DNA of 57,552 nucleotides from Poseidonia sp. (GTDB lineage: Archaea; Thermoplasmatota; Poseidoniia; Poseidoniales; Poseidoniaceae), in assembly GCF_029250625.1 (NCBI RefSeq), contig NZ_JAQXEX010000031.1, one strand, 5' to 3'. The notes below the pieces were generated by a model. That model was not told the DNA's origin and did not search any database. It saw only the letters and a program-made list of their open reading frames with translations. Of this stretch, positions 1 through 10,986 are shown piece after piece (position 1 is the stretch's first letter; each line of letters begins with the position of its first letter). The position numbers and the translations under genes were made by a program.

Positions 1-3000
1 CTTGTTGACAGTGCTGGAGCGTTCGCAATCACCATGAATCTCAGTCAATTTGAAACCAAAGGAAATCTTTCAGCAACGCTTGGATATTCCGGCTGGCAGG
101 ACACATCAATCACCGGCATTCCTCTCGAGGCCTTCCATCTCAACCCCACGACGACCTCCATCGTCCTCAACGTGACCGATGCACCAAATCTAACAGCTGT
201 CATCGAAGGTCCTTTGACCAACAAGAGCATTCTCCTTCTTGAGGACAACATATGGGTGAACGGCTCTGCAGTTTCTGTGGGGGCGTCTCCAGTTCCTTTG
301 ACCGGGAACCTGCAATTTGCCATTCGGGGCAACAACAGTGGAGATGTTTGGTTTGAAGTGTTCAACACAAGCGTTACTGGGACGTTTTCAGTCCAACATT
401 TCCTTCCATCGTCCACAATGGTAGGCTCAGGCGAACTTGAAGTGCGTCTGCGCTTCTATCCAGACACACTCCCTGCAACAGATGACGCTAACGTGAGTAC
501 CAGCGTTCCGTACTTCTTGCGCGGTTTCCTTGGGTTCCAAGTGGGTGATTCTGCTCAAATGCGTGGCTTTGACGGAACCGTTGAAGTAGCGATTACTGAC
601 CATCGTGGATTTGTTCAAGACCTCGTTCTTTTGGGGGATTATGACTTCTCCTTCGACGGGACATGGTACAATACGACCACCGATCCTGCCGGCGACATCG
701 TTGAGTTTTCTTGGCCACTTGCGGCTGACCTCGTGGCGAACGACTATCCAATTGATATCGCTTTCAATGGTTCAGAATATTACCAGCCGTCAATTGGTAA
801 CGGTAGCATCCGAGTCCAGGCAGAGATTGGGTACAACCTGTCCATCGGACAGGATTGGACGCATATTGGTAACTCCACCTTCCTGTTCGGTGACATTTTC
901 GATGCATTTTACAACACACCAGTTTTGAACAACAGCACTCAGATTCGTGTAACTCTTAACCTCGAAGACGGGCCGGTTGACCTTGCTCAGTCCTCATTGA
1001 ACAATTCGACTGGGGCTTTCAACATACCAATCACCATGCCGACTACAATTGGCTCAGGTGTCTACGACTTCGTTGTTGAGTTTGACTTTGAATCTCAGGC
1101 GCCTATTGGAGGTGCTTACTACTCTTACCTCGACACGAGTGTACCTCCAAGTCCTCCAACATTGGTCTCTGCTCTCGGAGGTATTGAATCTGAAGTCGTC
1201 GTGACGGCTGAACGTCCGAACTACATCATTGAAATGAACAATACCGTTGATTTGATCGCCAAGATTACTGATGTTGCAGACGGTTCAAACGTCACTGGAG
1301 CATCAGTTGAGTACATTTGGGACTATGGAAACAGCAACACCTCATTGGGAACCGTCTCCTCCGATGCAGACGGGAACGCAACCTTCAGTTTCACACCTTC
1401 CAGTATCGCCCCTGGATACTACGACCTCATGGTCATCATTCAGGACGATATCAGTTCTCCATTAACTGCAGGAAATACCCGATACCTCGGCAACTCAACC
1501 TTGCTGAACATCACCATCCAAGTGACGAGTGACATCCAATTCAACAATGTCCCAACCACCATTGCAGCAGGAACTCCATTCAATGTAGTCGGGCAGGTCC
1601 TGGACGCAGAAAACAGTTCACGACCGTTGATCTCAGCAGTGCGCCTCAATGTCTTTTGGCTTGAATACCCTGACGAACTGCTTCTGAACGGATTCTCCAC
1701 TACCAACAACGGCAGTTTCAACATGAGCGTTCCAACCGATACCGCAAACAATGGAACTCAAAGAGGTCCACATACACTGGTCATCTCGGTTGTCAACGAA
1801 TCATCACCGTTCTATCTCACTGCAACAGCTCAAACACCCATCCAGGTCATGGGCGTCTCTCGATTAGAAAATCTGGTTCCGCTCAACGCCGTGGTCATCA
1901 ACCGAGGAAACACAGTCAATATGTCGGCTAAACTTGTTGAAGCATCGGACCTCTTTGCACCTCTTGCAGGATACGATGTTGGTCTTGAATTCCACGAAAC
2001 TTGGCTGCCATCCGCAACGACTGACGGAGCAGGCTTTGCGAATTTCTCGTACACGATCCCTTACGACCATCCGCTTGGTCTGATTGTGGTCCAAATGGTC
2101 TACAACGGTTCATCTGACCTCCTTTCAACCTCTGCAAACTTGACATCAATCACCGTTCGTTCATTGACGTTCATGGTGGTGGACAGCATCACGGACAATC
2201 CAGTCGCCGGTGATGAATTCAACATTTCCGGGCGCGTCACTTCTGACAACGGTTCAGGATTGACTCAACGCAATAACGTAACGCTGCCCAATGCCAATGT
2301 GCTCTTCTCTATCGATGGAGTTCCAACCGGATTTACGGTAACTGGCGGAGCAATTGGTACAGATGGATTCTGGAATGCAAGCTTGCGCCTCACGGAAACC
2401 TTCGGCGCTGGAACTCATGTTCTAGAAGCAACATATCTCCCCAATGTCAACTATTACACTGGGTCGGAAAACAACACAACGTTTGATTCCAGAGGGTTCT
2501 CCACGCTGGATTTCATCATACCAAGCCTTGACGGAATTGGTCAACCTTCGCTGAACGATCGTACAGACCGTGGAACCAACGTGTCCTTCCAAATTCTGTT
2601 GCGTGACAACCAAGGCGAGGCATTGGACAATCAATCACTAACAGTATCCCTCCCAGGAACCAGCGTGAGCGGCATTTTCGTAACTGCCCCTAACGGTAGC
2701 GCCTTTGGTACGCTCCTCGTACCGTTTGATTCATCGGTCGGTCCCTCAGACATTCAGGCATCTTTTGCTGGAATTTCAGGTACAACAGGAATCATTGGTT
2801 CAAACAGTACAACGCTCTTTGTCGTGTTGGCCACAACCAACCTTACCATTGCCGATGCTCCAACGGTGCTTACCGCCGGAGATTCATTAACGGTCAGCGG
2901 TACGCTACTTGACGACCTTGGAATGCCTCTCATGGAAGCAGGAGTGCCTGCAGGCGGCGTTGTTCATCTTACGATCGATGGTGTTCCAGTGGCCAGTATT

Positions 3001-5238
3001 GAGACCAATGCAACCGACGGTTCCTACACCCTCGGATACACGCTACCGGATGACACGGCAGCCGGACCTCACGTCATTGGGGTTGAATTCCGCGGTGGCC
3101 GCGACTGGGTCGATCCTGTCGGCTACGGTGACATTATCAATCCTGAATACTACAGGCCCAGTTCAGAAACCGTTGGTTTCAACGTCAGCGTCCCTACTGA
3201 GATTATTTTCTTGACTCCAACCGGTCAAGCAGACCGCGAGTCAACCATGACCCTTGAAGGTCAACTGGTCGACCTTGTTGACAACAGCCTTCCGAATTTG
3301 ACGATTGGAATCTGGCTCAATGGAGAATGGTTGACCAATACAACAACCGATGAAGATGGATACTTCATCGCCGTCCATCCGGTTCCTGCTGATGCACAAC
3401 TTGGTCCGCTTTCCGTTGAAGTTCGTTTCACAGGGACTGTGGCATACCTCCCGAGCAATGCAACAGGTGTTTGGGACATCTTCAGTCCGATTCTCGTGAC
3501 CGTTGATATGACCTCTCCAGTTGCCGTTAACGAAACGGTGACTGTCAGCGGAACTGTCGTAGATAACCAACTCCTTGGAGTCGCTGGCCATGAAGTTCAA
3601 TTGGTTGTAGAAGGAATCGTGATCACCTCAATCACGACCGATGAAAACGGGGCCTTTTCCTATGATTGGTTGGTTCCCGATATCTTTGCATTCGGTAACC
3701 ACACACTCGATGCCGACGTGGCTTCGCAAGGGTACTACCGCGCAGGAACAGGAAATGTGACCTTCTTCCTCTCGCACCGCTCTTGGGTTACGCTTCTGTT
3801 TGAAGACGGCATTGAGGCTACCCGTGGCGATTCATGGGAGGTCAACGGCCGTCTGTATGATTATGATACGGTCGAACGAGAGGGCCTTGTTGGAATGATG
3901 GTTGACATCTCAATGGACGGAGTTCCGTTGTTCTCAACCGTGACCGGGGCCGACGGATTCTGGTCCGCAAGCATCCCTGCAACAATGGACCTCGCTCGTG
4001 GAGAGCACACCCTCTCCGTAAGTTTCGAAGGTACAATGGCTCATCTCGCTGCTTCAACCAACAGCAATCTGTTGGTTTGGTCTGACGTGATCATTACGCT
4101 TGACCCAAGCTCTTCGACGATTGTGACACGTTCTGATGACGTGTTTGCACCTATCGTCTACACCGGTTCAATACAGGAAGTCGGTGGCGAAGGAGAAGTC
4201 TTTGAAGACCTCGTGTTAACCATCGGTAACGGAACAGAATGCAGCAGTGGTCGTGAAGGCGCTCAATGTTTCCCCACCATCCTCACGACATGGGCCAACG
4301 GAAACTTCTCAATAACCGCCACCGCACCTTATTGGCTTGGCGTTGGTTCCCAGTACTTTGCAGTCGACTCTGCTCGTAACGACTCAAACTATCTGAATGC
4401 AGGAACAATGAGCAAGGCAGTCTTTGTACAGGTTGACGCCAACATTGTGCCCACGGTTGAAGGCATCGTTGAAGGAGTCCAAGAAGAGATTGACATTGAA
4501 GTCCTCATCACTGCAAAGGATACCAAGAATGGAATTCCAGGCATTGACGTCGTGGTCTATCTCTACGATGAAAACAACAGTCAAATCGCATCCCAGCAGC
4601 GCCAAACCGACAATTCCGGTGAAGTACTCTTTGACTTCCCCGCCGACCCACCGTACGGCGACTATTCCTTCTGGGGCGAAGTTACGTTGGACATCGTCAT
4701 CAACGACCCACGTATTTCCAGTCAAAGTACACAAGACTTTGAAGCCCTGCGCAGCGAAGGATTTGAATTGAAATATTCCTACGCTGAAGAAGAATCACCA
4801 GTCTCTCTTTGGGCCTATGTCATGGTCTTGTTGCTTGGAGCTTTGATCGCTGGCGGAGTCGTCCTCTACCGACGCAAGGTTGCTTCAGACGACCTGTTGA
4901 AGGACGCCGCTGAAGTGTTTGCCTACACCGCTGAATTGCTTGCCGCAGGCGATGCCGTCCGTGAGTCCATCTTCACGTGTTATCAGGACCTCTGCGGTCT
5001 CCTCCAACAACGTGGATTCTTGAGGAGAGATTTCGAAACGGTTCGTGAGTTTGAATTTGCGATTCGTCAAGCGTTGCATGGTGTTTCCGATGAAGCCCTC
5101 ACAGCCTTGGACAACACCTTCGAAATGGCTCGTTACAGCCGGGAAGAAATGGGAAGTCAACATCAAGAAGTTGCCGTGCAATCATTGACACGAATGGGTA
5201 CTGAAATCGAACAGATTCAGAAGTTCCCTCAACGTTGA
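1..5238 (+). CDS. Very large membrane-anchored surface protein (5'-truncated) with repeated Ig-like/beta-sandwich modules, a C-terminal TM helix and a DUF4129-like cytoplasmic domain
   Basis: Frame is open from base 1, so the true start is outside the window. Repeated 'TDxxGxF' beta-rich modules and many N-x-S/T sequons. TM helix LWAYVMVLLLGALIAGGVVLYRRK, followed by 'ETVREF...LTALDNTFEMARYS', typical of DUF4129. Confidence 0.75.
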   Translation, partial: LVDSAGAFAITMNLSQFETKGNLSATLGYSGWQDTSITGIPLEAFHLNPTTTSIVLNVTDAPNLTAVIEGPLTNKSILLLEDNIWVNGSAVSVGASPVPLTGNLQFAIRGNNSGDVWFEVFNTSVTGTFSVQHFLPSSTMVGSGELEVRLRFYPDTLPATDDANVSTSVPYFLRGFLGFQVGDSAQMRGFDGTVEVAITDHRGFVQDLVLLGDYDFSFDGTWYNTTTDPAGDIVEFSWPLAADLVANDYPIDIAFNGSEYYQPSIGNGSIRVQAEIGYNLSIGQDWTHIGNSTFLFGDIFDAFYNTPVLNNSTQIRVTLNLEDGPVDLAQSSLNNSTGAFNIPITMPTTIGSGVYDFVVEFDFESQAPIGGAYYSYLDTSVPPSPPTLVSALGGIESEVVVTAERPNYIIEMNNTVDLIAKITDVADGSNVTGASVEYIWDYGNSNTSLGTVSSDADGNATFSFTPSSIAPGYYDLMVIIQDDISSPLTAGNTRYLGNSTLLNITIQVTSDIQFNNVPTTIAAGTPFNVVGQVLDAENSSRPLISAVRLNVFWLEYPDELLLNGFSTTNNGSFNMSVPTDTANNGTQRGPHTLVISVVNESSPFYLTATAQTPIQVMGVSRLENLVPLNAVVINRGNTVNMSAKLVEASDLFAPLAGYDVGLEFHETWLPSATTDGAGFANFSYTIPYDHPLGLIVVQMVYNGSSDLLSTSANLTSITVRSLTFMVVDSITDNPVAGDEFNISGRVTSDNGSGLTQRNNVTLPNANVLFSIDGVPTGFTVTGGAIGTDGFWNASLRLTETFGAGTHVLEATYLPNVNYYTGSENNTTFDSRGFSTLDFIIPSLDGIGQPSLNDRTDRGTNVSFQILLRDNQGEALDNQSLTVSLPGTSVSGIFVTAPNGSAFGTLLVPFDSSVGPSDIQASFAGISGTTGIIGSNSTTLFVVLATTNLTIADAPTVLTAGDSLTVSGTLLDDLGMPLMEAGVPAGGVVHLTIDGVPVASIETNATDGSYTLGYTLPDDTAAGPHVIGVEFRGGRDWVDPVGYGDIINPEYYRPSSETVGFNVSVPTEIIFLTPTGQADRESTMTLEGQLVDLVDNSLPNLTIGIWLNGEWLTNTTTDEDGYFIAVHPVPADAQLGPLSVEVRFTGTVAYLPSNATGVWDIFSPILVTVDMTSPVAVNETVTVSGTVVDNQLLGVAGHEVQLVVEGIVITSITTDENGAFSYDWLVPDIFAFGNHTLDADVASQGYYRAGTGNVTFFLSHRSWVTLLFEDGIEATRGDSWEVNGRLYDYDTVEREGLVGMMVDISMDGVPLFSTVTGADGFWSASIPATMDLARGEHTLSVSFEGTMAHLAASTNSNLLVWSDVIITLDPSSSTIVTRSDDVFAPIVYTGSIQEVGGEGEVFEDLVLTIGNGTECSSGREGAQCFPTILTTWANGNFSITATAPYWLGVGSQYFAVDSARNDSNYLNAGTMSKAVFVQVDANIVPTVEGIVEGVQEEIDIEVLITAKDTKNGIPGIDVVVYLYDENNSQIASQQRQTDNSGEVLFDFPADPPYGDYSFWGEVTLDIVINDPRISSQSTQDFEALRSEGFELKYSYAEEESPVSLWAYVMVLLLGALIAGGVVLYRRKVASDDLLKDAAEVFAYTAELLAAGDAVRESIFTCYQDLCGLLQQRGFLRRDFETVREFEFAIRQALHGVSDEALTALDNTFEMARYSREEMGSQHQEVAVQSLTRMGTEIEQIQKFPQR

Positions 5239-5260
5239 AGTTCCTCAGAGTTGGCGCCCC

Positions 5261-5734
5261 TCACCAGCGAAGATGAAGGCGACCGTTGCTGAATTCAGCA
5301 GTAAGGTTTGACGACACTTCTTTTGGAAGTGGAATTTCCTTGACCAAAGGTGGAAGGTCGCCATCATCGACTTGAAGTTGAACGACGGTTTGGTCGTTGA
5401 TGGTTTTGAATCTCAGATGGAGGCTGTCGTATGTTGTTCCCAACAGCGGAATCGTCAACCCGTCGGGGTTGATTCTTCCATTGATGGATTCAACAACCCA
5501 AGAAAGGGCACGTTCAGGTTCTATCTCTGCGAGTGATGTTTCGGGCAACATGCCTGCTGTGACCAAAACTTCTGAGTGCAGTTGGCGAACTTCTGATAGA
5601 TGTGTTGACTCGGTTTCAAATTGAGCCTGGAGCATCGATGCATCGGGTGAAAACCCGTCCATGGAAGGTTTGTCCGAATGAGGATTCTTCGTGCTTGGGG
5701 ATTGCTCAATTGCGAGAGGTGACCATTCGTCCAT
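5261..5734 (-). CDS. Hypothetical protein with a C-terminal HSP20/alpha-crystallin-like segment
   Basis: C-terminus KEIPLPKEV...AEFSNGRLHLRW resembles the sHSP 'A.f.NG.L.i' motif. Start placed at ATG 5734 because a TTCATG box lies at -29. Confidence 0.5.
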   Translation of the reverse strand: MDEWSPLAIEQSPSTKNPHSDKPSMDGFSPDASMLQAQFETESTHLSEVRQLHSEVLVTAGMLPETSLAEIEPERALSWVVESINGRINPDGLTIPLLGTTYDSLHLRFKTINDQTVVQLQVDDGDLPPLVKEIPLPKEVSSNLTAEFSNGRLHLRW

Positions 5735-5782
5735 GAGGTTTGGATACGACGAGCCCACATGAACCTTCGGTCGGCTCTTCCT

Positions 5783-7900
5783 TCATTCCAGAGTGGAGTC
5801 GGGGTGGATTTTAGAGAAAAATCTTCGAGCAAAATGCCCTGTTGATTCTGGCCCGCTTGATTCGTTCATTCGCAGGTCGTCTGGGAAACAAGAGGCATAC
5901 GTTCGCTCGGTAACTCGTCGGTCCAACAGGACGATGAGCGCCCTATCTCCAATCGAACGAATTGGACGTCCCATCGCTTGTAAAATGGAATTGATCGCCG
6001 GCTGAGAAACGGTATACCTCCACGCGAGATTCCTCCCAAAGCGCTCTTCAGCATGCGTCTTGAGCGCAGATGACAGTACCGAAGGCGGTGAATTTGGGAT
6101 GCCAATGCACGCCACTGCATCCAGTGCACCACTGTGATAGTCGACCCCTTCAGAAAGGCGGGCATTGAATACGCCAGCAAGTAAAATGCGCCGGCCTGCT
6201 TTTTTCTCCTCAAGGAGCGTTTCCACCACTTGGTCCAAATCTTGTTTGGTCCAGTTTCGGTCTTCAACCATCATCCGAACGCCAGAGAAATGAGCTTCAG
6301 CGACAGTGGAGTTGAGCAGTGCATAGGATGGAGCAAATACGGCTACGTTCCCCGGCGTCGTGTCGATGAGTGATTGAATGTGCTGACGCATCAAATCCGT
6401 GTTTTGAGGGGTCCGTTCGGTATACTTTGTCGTGACGTCAGAGGCCACCAATACAGGGCGTCGCATAGCGGCAAAAGGTGATGGGTATGCTACAGCAGTG
6501 GTCCTGGCAGTCGGTAGCGCCAAGATGTTGGCGTACATTGTAGGTGGATACAGCGTCCCGGACATCAGTATGGCTCCAGCCGAACCGGTGAGAACAGGCT
6601 TCGAGACCAATCCAGGGTCAAGCAAGTGGGTTGTGATTCGACCGTCCTTTCCCTTTGTATCGTACACCATCGTCATTGCAGTTGTGGATCCGAAACGGAT
6701 GAGACAATCCAAAATTTGGGCGACGCGATGTGCGTTTGGCTCCATTGGATTTCCATCATCTCCAGCATCCATGTCGACATCCACGGTTGAAAGGATATCT
6801 CGCAGTTGATGGATTCTGACGGCAGGGTCAATTCCATGCTTACTTTTTTGCACAGGGGGGGAATTCAAATTCTTTTGACCGACAATTCCGTCGACTTCAT
6901 CACAAGCACGGTGGAATACCTTGAGGAGGGTTTCAACCTGAACTTCACACTCTTCCTTGTCACCGGTTAAGGATGAGCGAAGCCGACTGAAAAAATCTGC
7001 AAAACTCTTTCTGGATGTTCGAATCACCTCAAATGCCCAGTAGGCCAAATCATGGGTCGCTGCAAGGGTTTCTCCCCCAGGCATGTTCATGGATTGTTGA
7101 AGCGTACCGACGTACTCTTCCAATTCAGCAAACGTGTTCCTGATCATGGTCTGTGTAAGTCGTTTCTCAAGCGTGAGCCGAATGCGGTCGGGAAGGTTGT
7201 GTGCTTCATCAACAACGATAATGATGTCCTCAAGGGAGAGGTCCATGGCTTTCAAACTTGAATCCCGAACGCCTTCATCAAAAAGGTGGTTGTAATCTCC
7301 GACGAACACATCTGCTCCGTTCACGGCTTCGCGGGCCACTTTCCAGGGGCATGCTTGGGTCACTTCACCGTTGACAGTGTGGGTTCGGGTAAGGGATACG
7401 AGTTCATCGACGTGGAGGGGTGATTCAAGGATTCGCTCCTTGAGCCCTGGTGCGGTGGTAATCCAAGGCCTGCATGACCTTGATTTACGTGCTTGGCTGC
7501 ACATGAGGGAAAACACAACTGACGATTCCTTGGCGAATTCCTGAACACACATCCCTGCCTGTCCGACCATATCCACGAGTCGGATGGGTGCCATTCCAAC
7601 CCGTTGCTGGTTGATTTTACGAACGGTATCAACCACGATTCGATGCTGGGTTTGTCGAGAGGTGAGGAAGAAGACGGTTTTCCTTTGAGGTTGTTGGCTT
7701 GCAACCTGAAGGGCTGCGGCGAGAGATGCCGCTGTCTTTCCGATCCCCGTAGGGGCTGCAGCAAGATGGTAGCCGCCTTGTTCAAGAGCCTTGATGGAAT
7801 CTTGAATCATCTCAAGTTGGCCAGGCCGTGGTTGTGTGTGGGCAAGAAACGGGAATTGCGGTGGTTGAATCACCTCAATCTCGTCGTTCATACCGCTCAT
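5783..7900 (-). CDS. xpd: XPD/Rad3/DinG-family Fe-S ATP-dependent DNA helicase
   Basis: Q motif RPGQ, Walker A APTGIGKT, four Cys of the Fe-S domain, DEAH box, SGTL, motif VI QAMGRPIR. The start may be ATG 7891. Confidence 0.9.
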   Translation of the reverse strand: MSGMNDEIEVIQPPQFPFLAHTQPRPGQLEMIQDSIKALEQGGYHLAAAPTGIGKTAASLAAALQVASQQPQRKTVFFLTSRQTQHRIVVDTVRKINQQRVGMAPIRLVDMVGQAGMCVQEFAKESSVVFSLMCSQARKSRSCRPWITTAPGLKERILESPLHVDELVSLTRTHTVNGEVTQACPWKVAREAVNGADVFVGDYNHLFDEGVRDSSLKAMDLSLEDIIIVVDEAHNLPDRIRLTLEKRLTQTMIRNTFAELEEYVGTLQQSMNMPGGETLAATHDLAYWAFEVIRTSRKSFADFFSRLRSSLTGDKEECEVQVETLLKVFHRACDEVDGIVGQKNLNSPPVQKSKHGIDPAVRIHQLRDILSTVDVDMDAGDDGNPMEPNAHRVAQILDCLIRFGSTTAMTMVYDTKGKDGRITTHLLDPGLVSKPVLTGSAGAILMSGTLYPPTMYANILALPTARTTAVAYPSPFAAMRRPVLVASDVTTKYTERTPQNTDLMRQHIQSLIDTTPGNVAVFAPSYALLNSTVAEAHFSGVRMMVEDRNWTKQDLDQVVETLLEEKKAGRRILLAGVFNARLSEGVDYHSGALDAVACIGIPNSPPSVLSSALKTHAEERFGRNLAWRYTVSQPAINSILQAMGRPIRSIGDRALIVLLDRRVTERTYASCFPDDLRMNESSGPESTGHFARRFFSKIHPDSTLE

Positions 7901-7915
7901 GCGATGACGACCCTC

Positions 7916-8215
7916 CTAAAGGATTGGGATTGAGCAGGATGGCTTACGCTGGTTCGAACTTGATGTGCCCAGATATGTGGGGGCTGGGCACGGGAACCAC
8001 CAACTCAGCAAGCTGGAGTGGAATCGGAGTCCCCCTGGCCGTCATCCAAGGGGGGGGTTGTGGGGTTTTGGTTGGGGTAACCAGGGCCAAGGCGTGCATG
8101 ACGGGCACGCTGACACAATGAGGCAAAGCCATGCAAGTTTGACCGAACTTGCTTGACCGTTGGGGTGGCTCCACTTAGGTTGTATCCAGAGTTTTGCCAA
8201 ATCATCCCATCCCCT
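7916..8215 (+). ncRNA. Unidentified highly structured non-coding RNA candidate (~295 nt)
   Basis: Intergenic, G-rich and without a credible ORF. Terminal helix 7921-7963/8175-8212, at least five hairpins with G-U pairs favouring the + strand, and complementary loops CCGTCAT (8039-8045) and ATGACGG (8098-8104). Confidence 0.6.
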
Positions 8216-8229
8216 CCGCTCTCTCACCA

Positions 8230-8604
8230 TTATTCTTGGTATTCACTGCGTCGTATCGTTGCTGCTCTGGACGCCTCCAGGACTGCATCGAGTGTGTTAT
8301 TGATCGGCGCCAAGGACGCTGTTGCCTTGGCGATGTAGAGTTTGATTCCTTCTTGAGCGGCGATTTCTGGAGTGACTCCAAGCAACTCGTAGAGTTTCCC
8401 AAGTTGTTGTTGGTCGTGGCGACCCAACGGAATTCGGATGGTTTCCATATCCTGCAGGAGTGGGCGGTTGTGGAGGTATTCTTGGATGGCCATTCTTACG
8501 ACATCCGAACGGTTCCTGGAACCCTTGAGCCCAACTTGAGCATCAAGCAGTGCAAGATCATCCTCAGTGATTCTGAGTGATACTGCTGTGGTTGGTTGGC
8601 TCAT
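8230..8604 (-). CDS. Ribbon-helix-helix (CopG/Arc/MetJ family) transcriptional regulator
   Basis: AVSLRITEDDLALLDAQVG...NRSDVVRMAIQEYL is an RHH signature; a second RHH-like segment (TIRIPL...) follows. GGAGG upstream of ATG 8604. Confidence 0.8.
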   Translation of the reverse strand: MSQPTTAVSLRITEDDLALLDAQVGLKGSRNRSDVVRMAIQEYLHNRPLLQDMETIRIPLGRHDQQQLGKLYELLGVTPEIAAQEGIKLYIAKATASLAPINNTLDAVLEASRAATIRRSEYQE

Positions 8605-8639
8605 CTTGGTCCCTCCGTTATCCATAGACAGATGCGGGC

Positions 8640-8697
8640 GACATATAAGTGTAACTGTATAATTACGATTTGTCATTAATTGTATTACAATTGAATT
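8640..8697. promoter_or_regulatory. AT-rich promoter/operator region with a 15-bp palindrome
   Basis: AATTGTA-T-TACAATT at 8678-8692 and GTAACT-GTAT-AATTAC at 8651-8666, between the divergent RHH and TerB-like genes. Confidence 0.5.
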
Positions 8698-8764
8698 CAG
8701 TCGCTCTCTGAGTTCATCGTAAAACGACCCAAGATTGAAAGAGAAGTGGGCGGAACCACGGTCC

Positions 8765-9211
8765 ATGCCTCTTGTTCCAAGCCGTGGCCTCTATCTTTAT
8801 CTTGAAGTTCTTAAAATCGCATATGACGATGCCATCGTTACAGAAGATGAAGCACAAATCCTCCACGTCCTTTCGCAATGTCTTGGAGTTGCCCCGGCAG
8901 ATACTGCGGAATGCCGCTCCGTAGTTTTAGGAGAAGTTCCCTCGCCGTTTGAGGACGATGACTCTTTTGGAGGGCACCACATTGGTGACGTTACAACGTA
9001 CCAATCCACTCTTATCGCCGCTCTTGACGATGATGTCATTTCTGAAGATGAATGGGCCATGCTTGACCATTTGCGACAAACGATTGGAGTCCAGGAAGAT
9101 CAGCACGCACTCATAGAGGAAGCAATCCGTGCTATGGGTGAGATTGACGCCAAAGGACGAAGGCGTATTGAACGGCTTGAGCGCTTCATCACCGTATGCC
9201 CTTATCGTTGA
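8765..9211 (+). CDS. TerB-like (tellurite-resistance domain) protein with two internal repeats
   Basis: Two copies of the motif: IAYDDAIVTEDEAQIL..L...LGV and AALDDDVISEDEWAML..L...IGV. Confidence 0.6.
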   Translation: MPLVPSRGLYLYLEVLKIAYDDAIVTEDEAQILHVLSQCLGVAPADTAECRSVVLGEVPSPFEDDDSFGGHHIGDVTTYQSTLIAALDDDVISEDEWAMLDHLRQTIGVQEDQHALIEEAIRAMGEIDAKGRRRIERLERFITVCPYR

Positions 9212-9266
9212 ATCCAATTGGCTCCTTGATTGGGGTTTGTTGAGGTGGACTAGGGACAACCATTAG

Positions 9267-10673
<1,407 letters not shown>

Positions 10674-10677
10674 TTCC

Positions 10678-10986
10678 CTAGTTCGCTTCGGTAGTCGAAC
10701 TTGGCTCTTTGTTGAACACATGCGGCCAGCGTCGCTTGAGTGCTCGGAAGAGAAGTCGAGAGAACACCATTGAGATGCCGAGGAAGACGATGGATGTCCA
10801 CCATGGCGCTTCTTCGCTGGTCACCAAGAAGTAGGTGACAACCAAAATTCCCATTCCATATACTGCTCGGAAGGCGGCGAAAAGAAGAAACCCCCTCACA
10901 AGAGGATGGTCAGTTGCTTGACTCATCCAGGATGTGGAATCAGATGCTTCACTCATTTCATGCACCAGTTGATCTTTCTGGCTCAT
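10678..10986 (-). CDS. Small two-TM membrane protein
   Basis: Two hydrophobic helices; ATGA overlap with the upstream gene stop. Confidence 0.65.
   Translation of the reverse strand: MSQKDQLVHEMSEASDSTSWMSQATDHPLVRGFLLFAAFRAVYGMGILVVTYFLVTSEEAPWWTSIVFLGISMVFSRLLFRALKRRWPHVFNKEPSSTTEAN

Noticed and set aside
7916-8215. Identification as SRP RNA, RNase P RNA or a group II intron
   Set aside because: No SRP helix-8 motif, no GAGGAAAGUCC or ACAGAA..GGCUUA in the right order, and no intron domain V. The GTGCCCAGATA resemblance to an intron 5' end is probably chance. Needs Infernal to exclude formally.
7828-8230. Short ORFs on both strands (7944-8174, 7965-8156, 8005-8205, 7828-8121)
   Set aside because: No recognisable motifs and atypical composition; extensive base pairing explains the region better.
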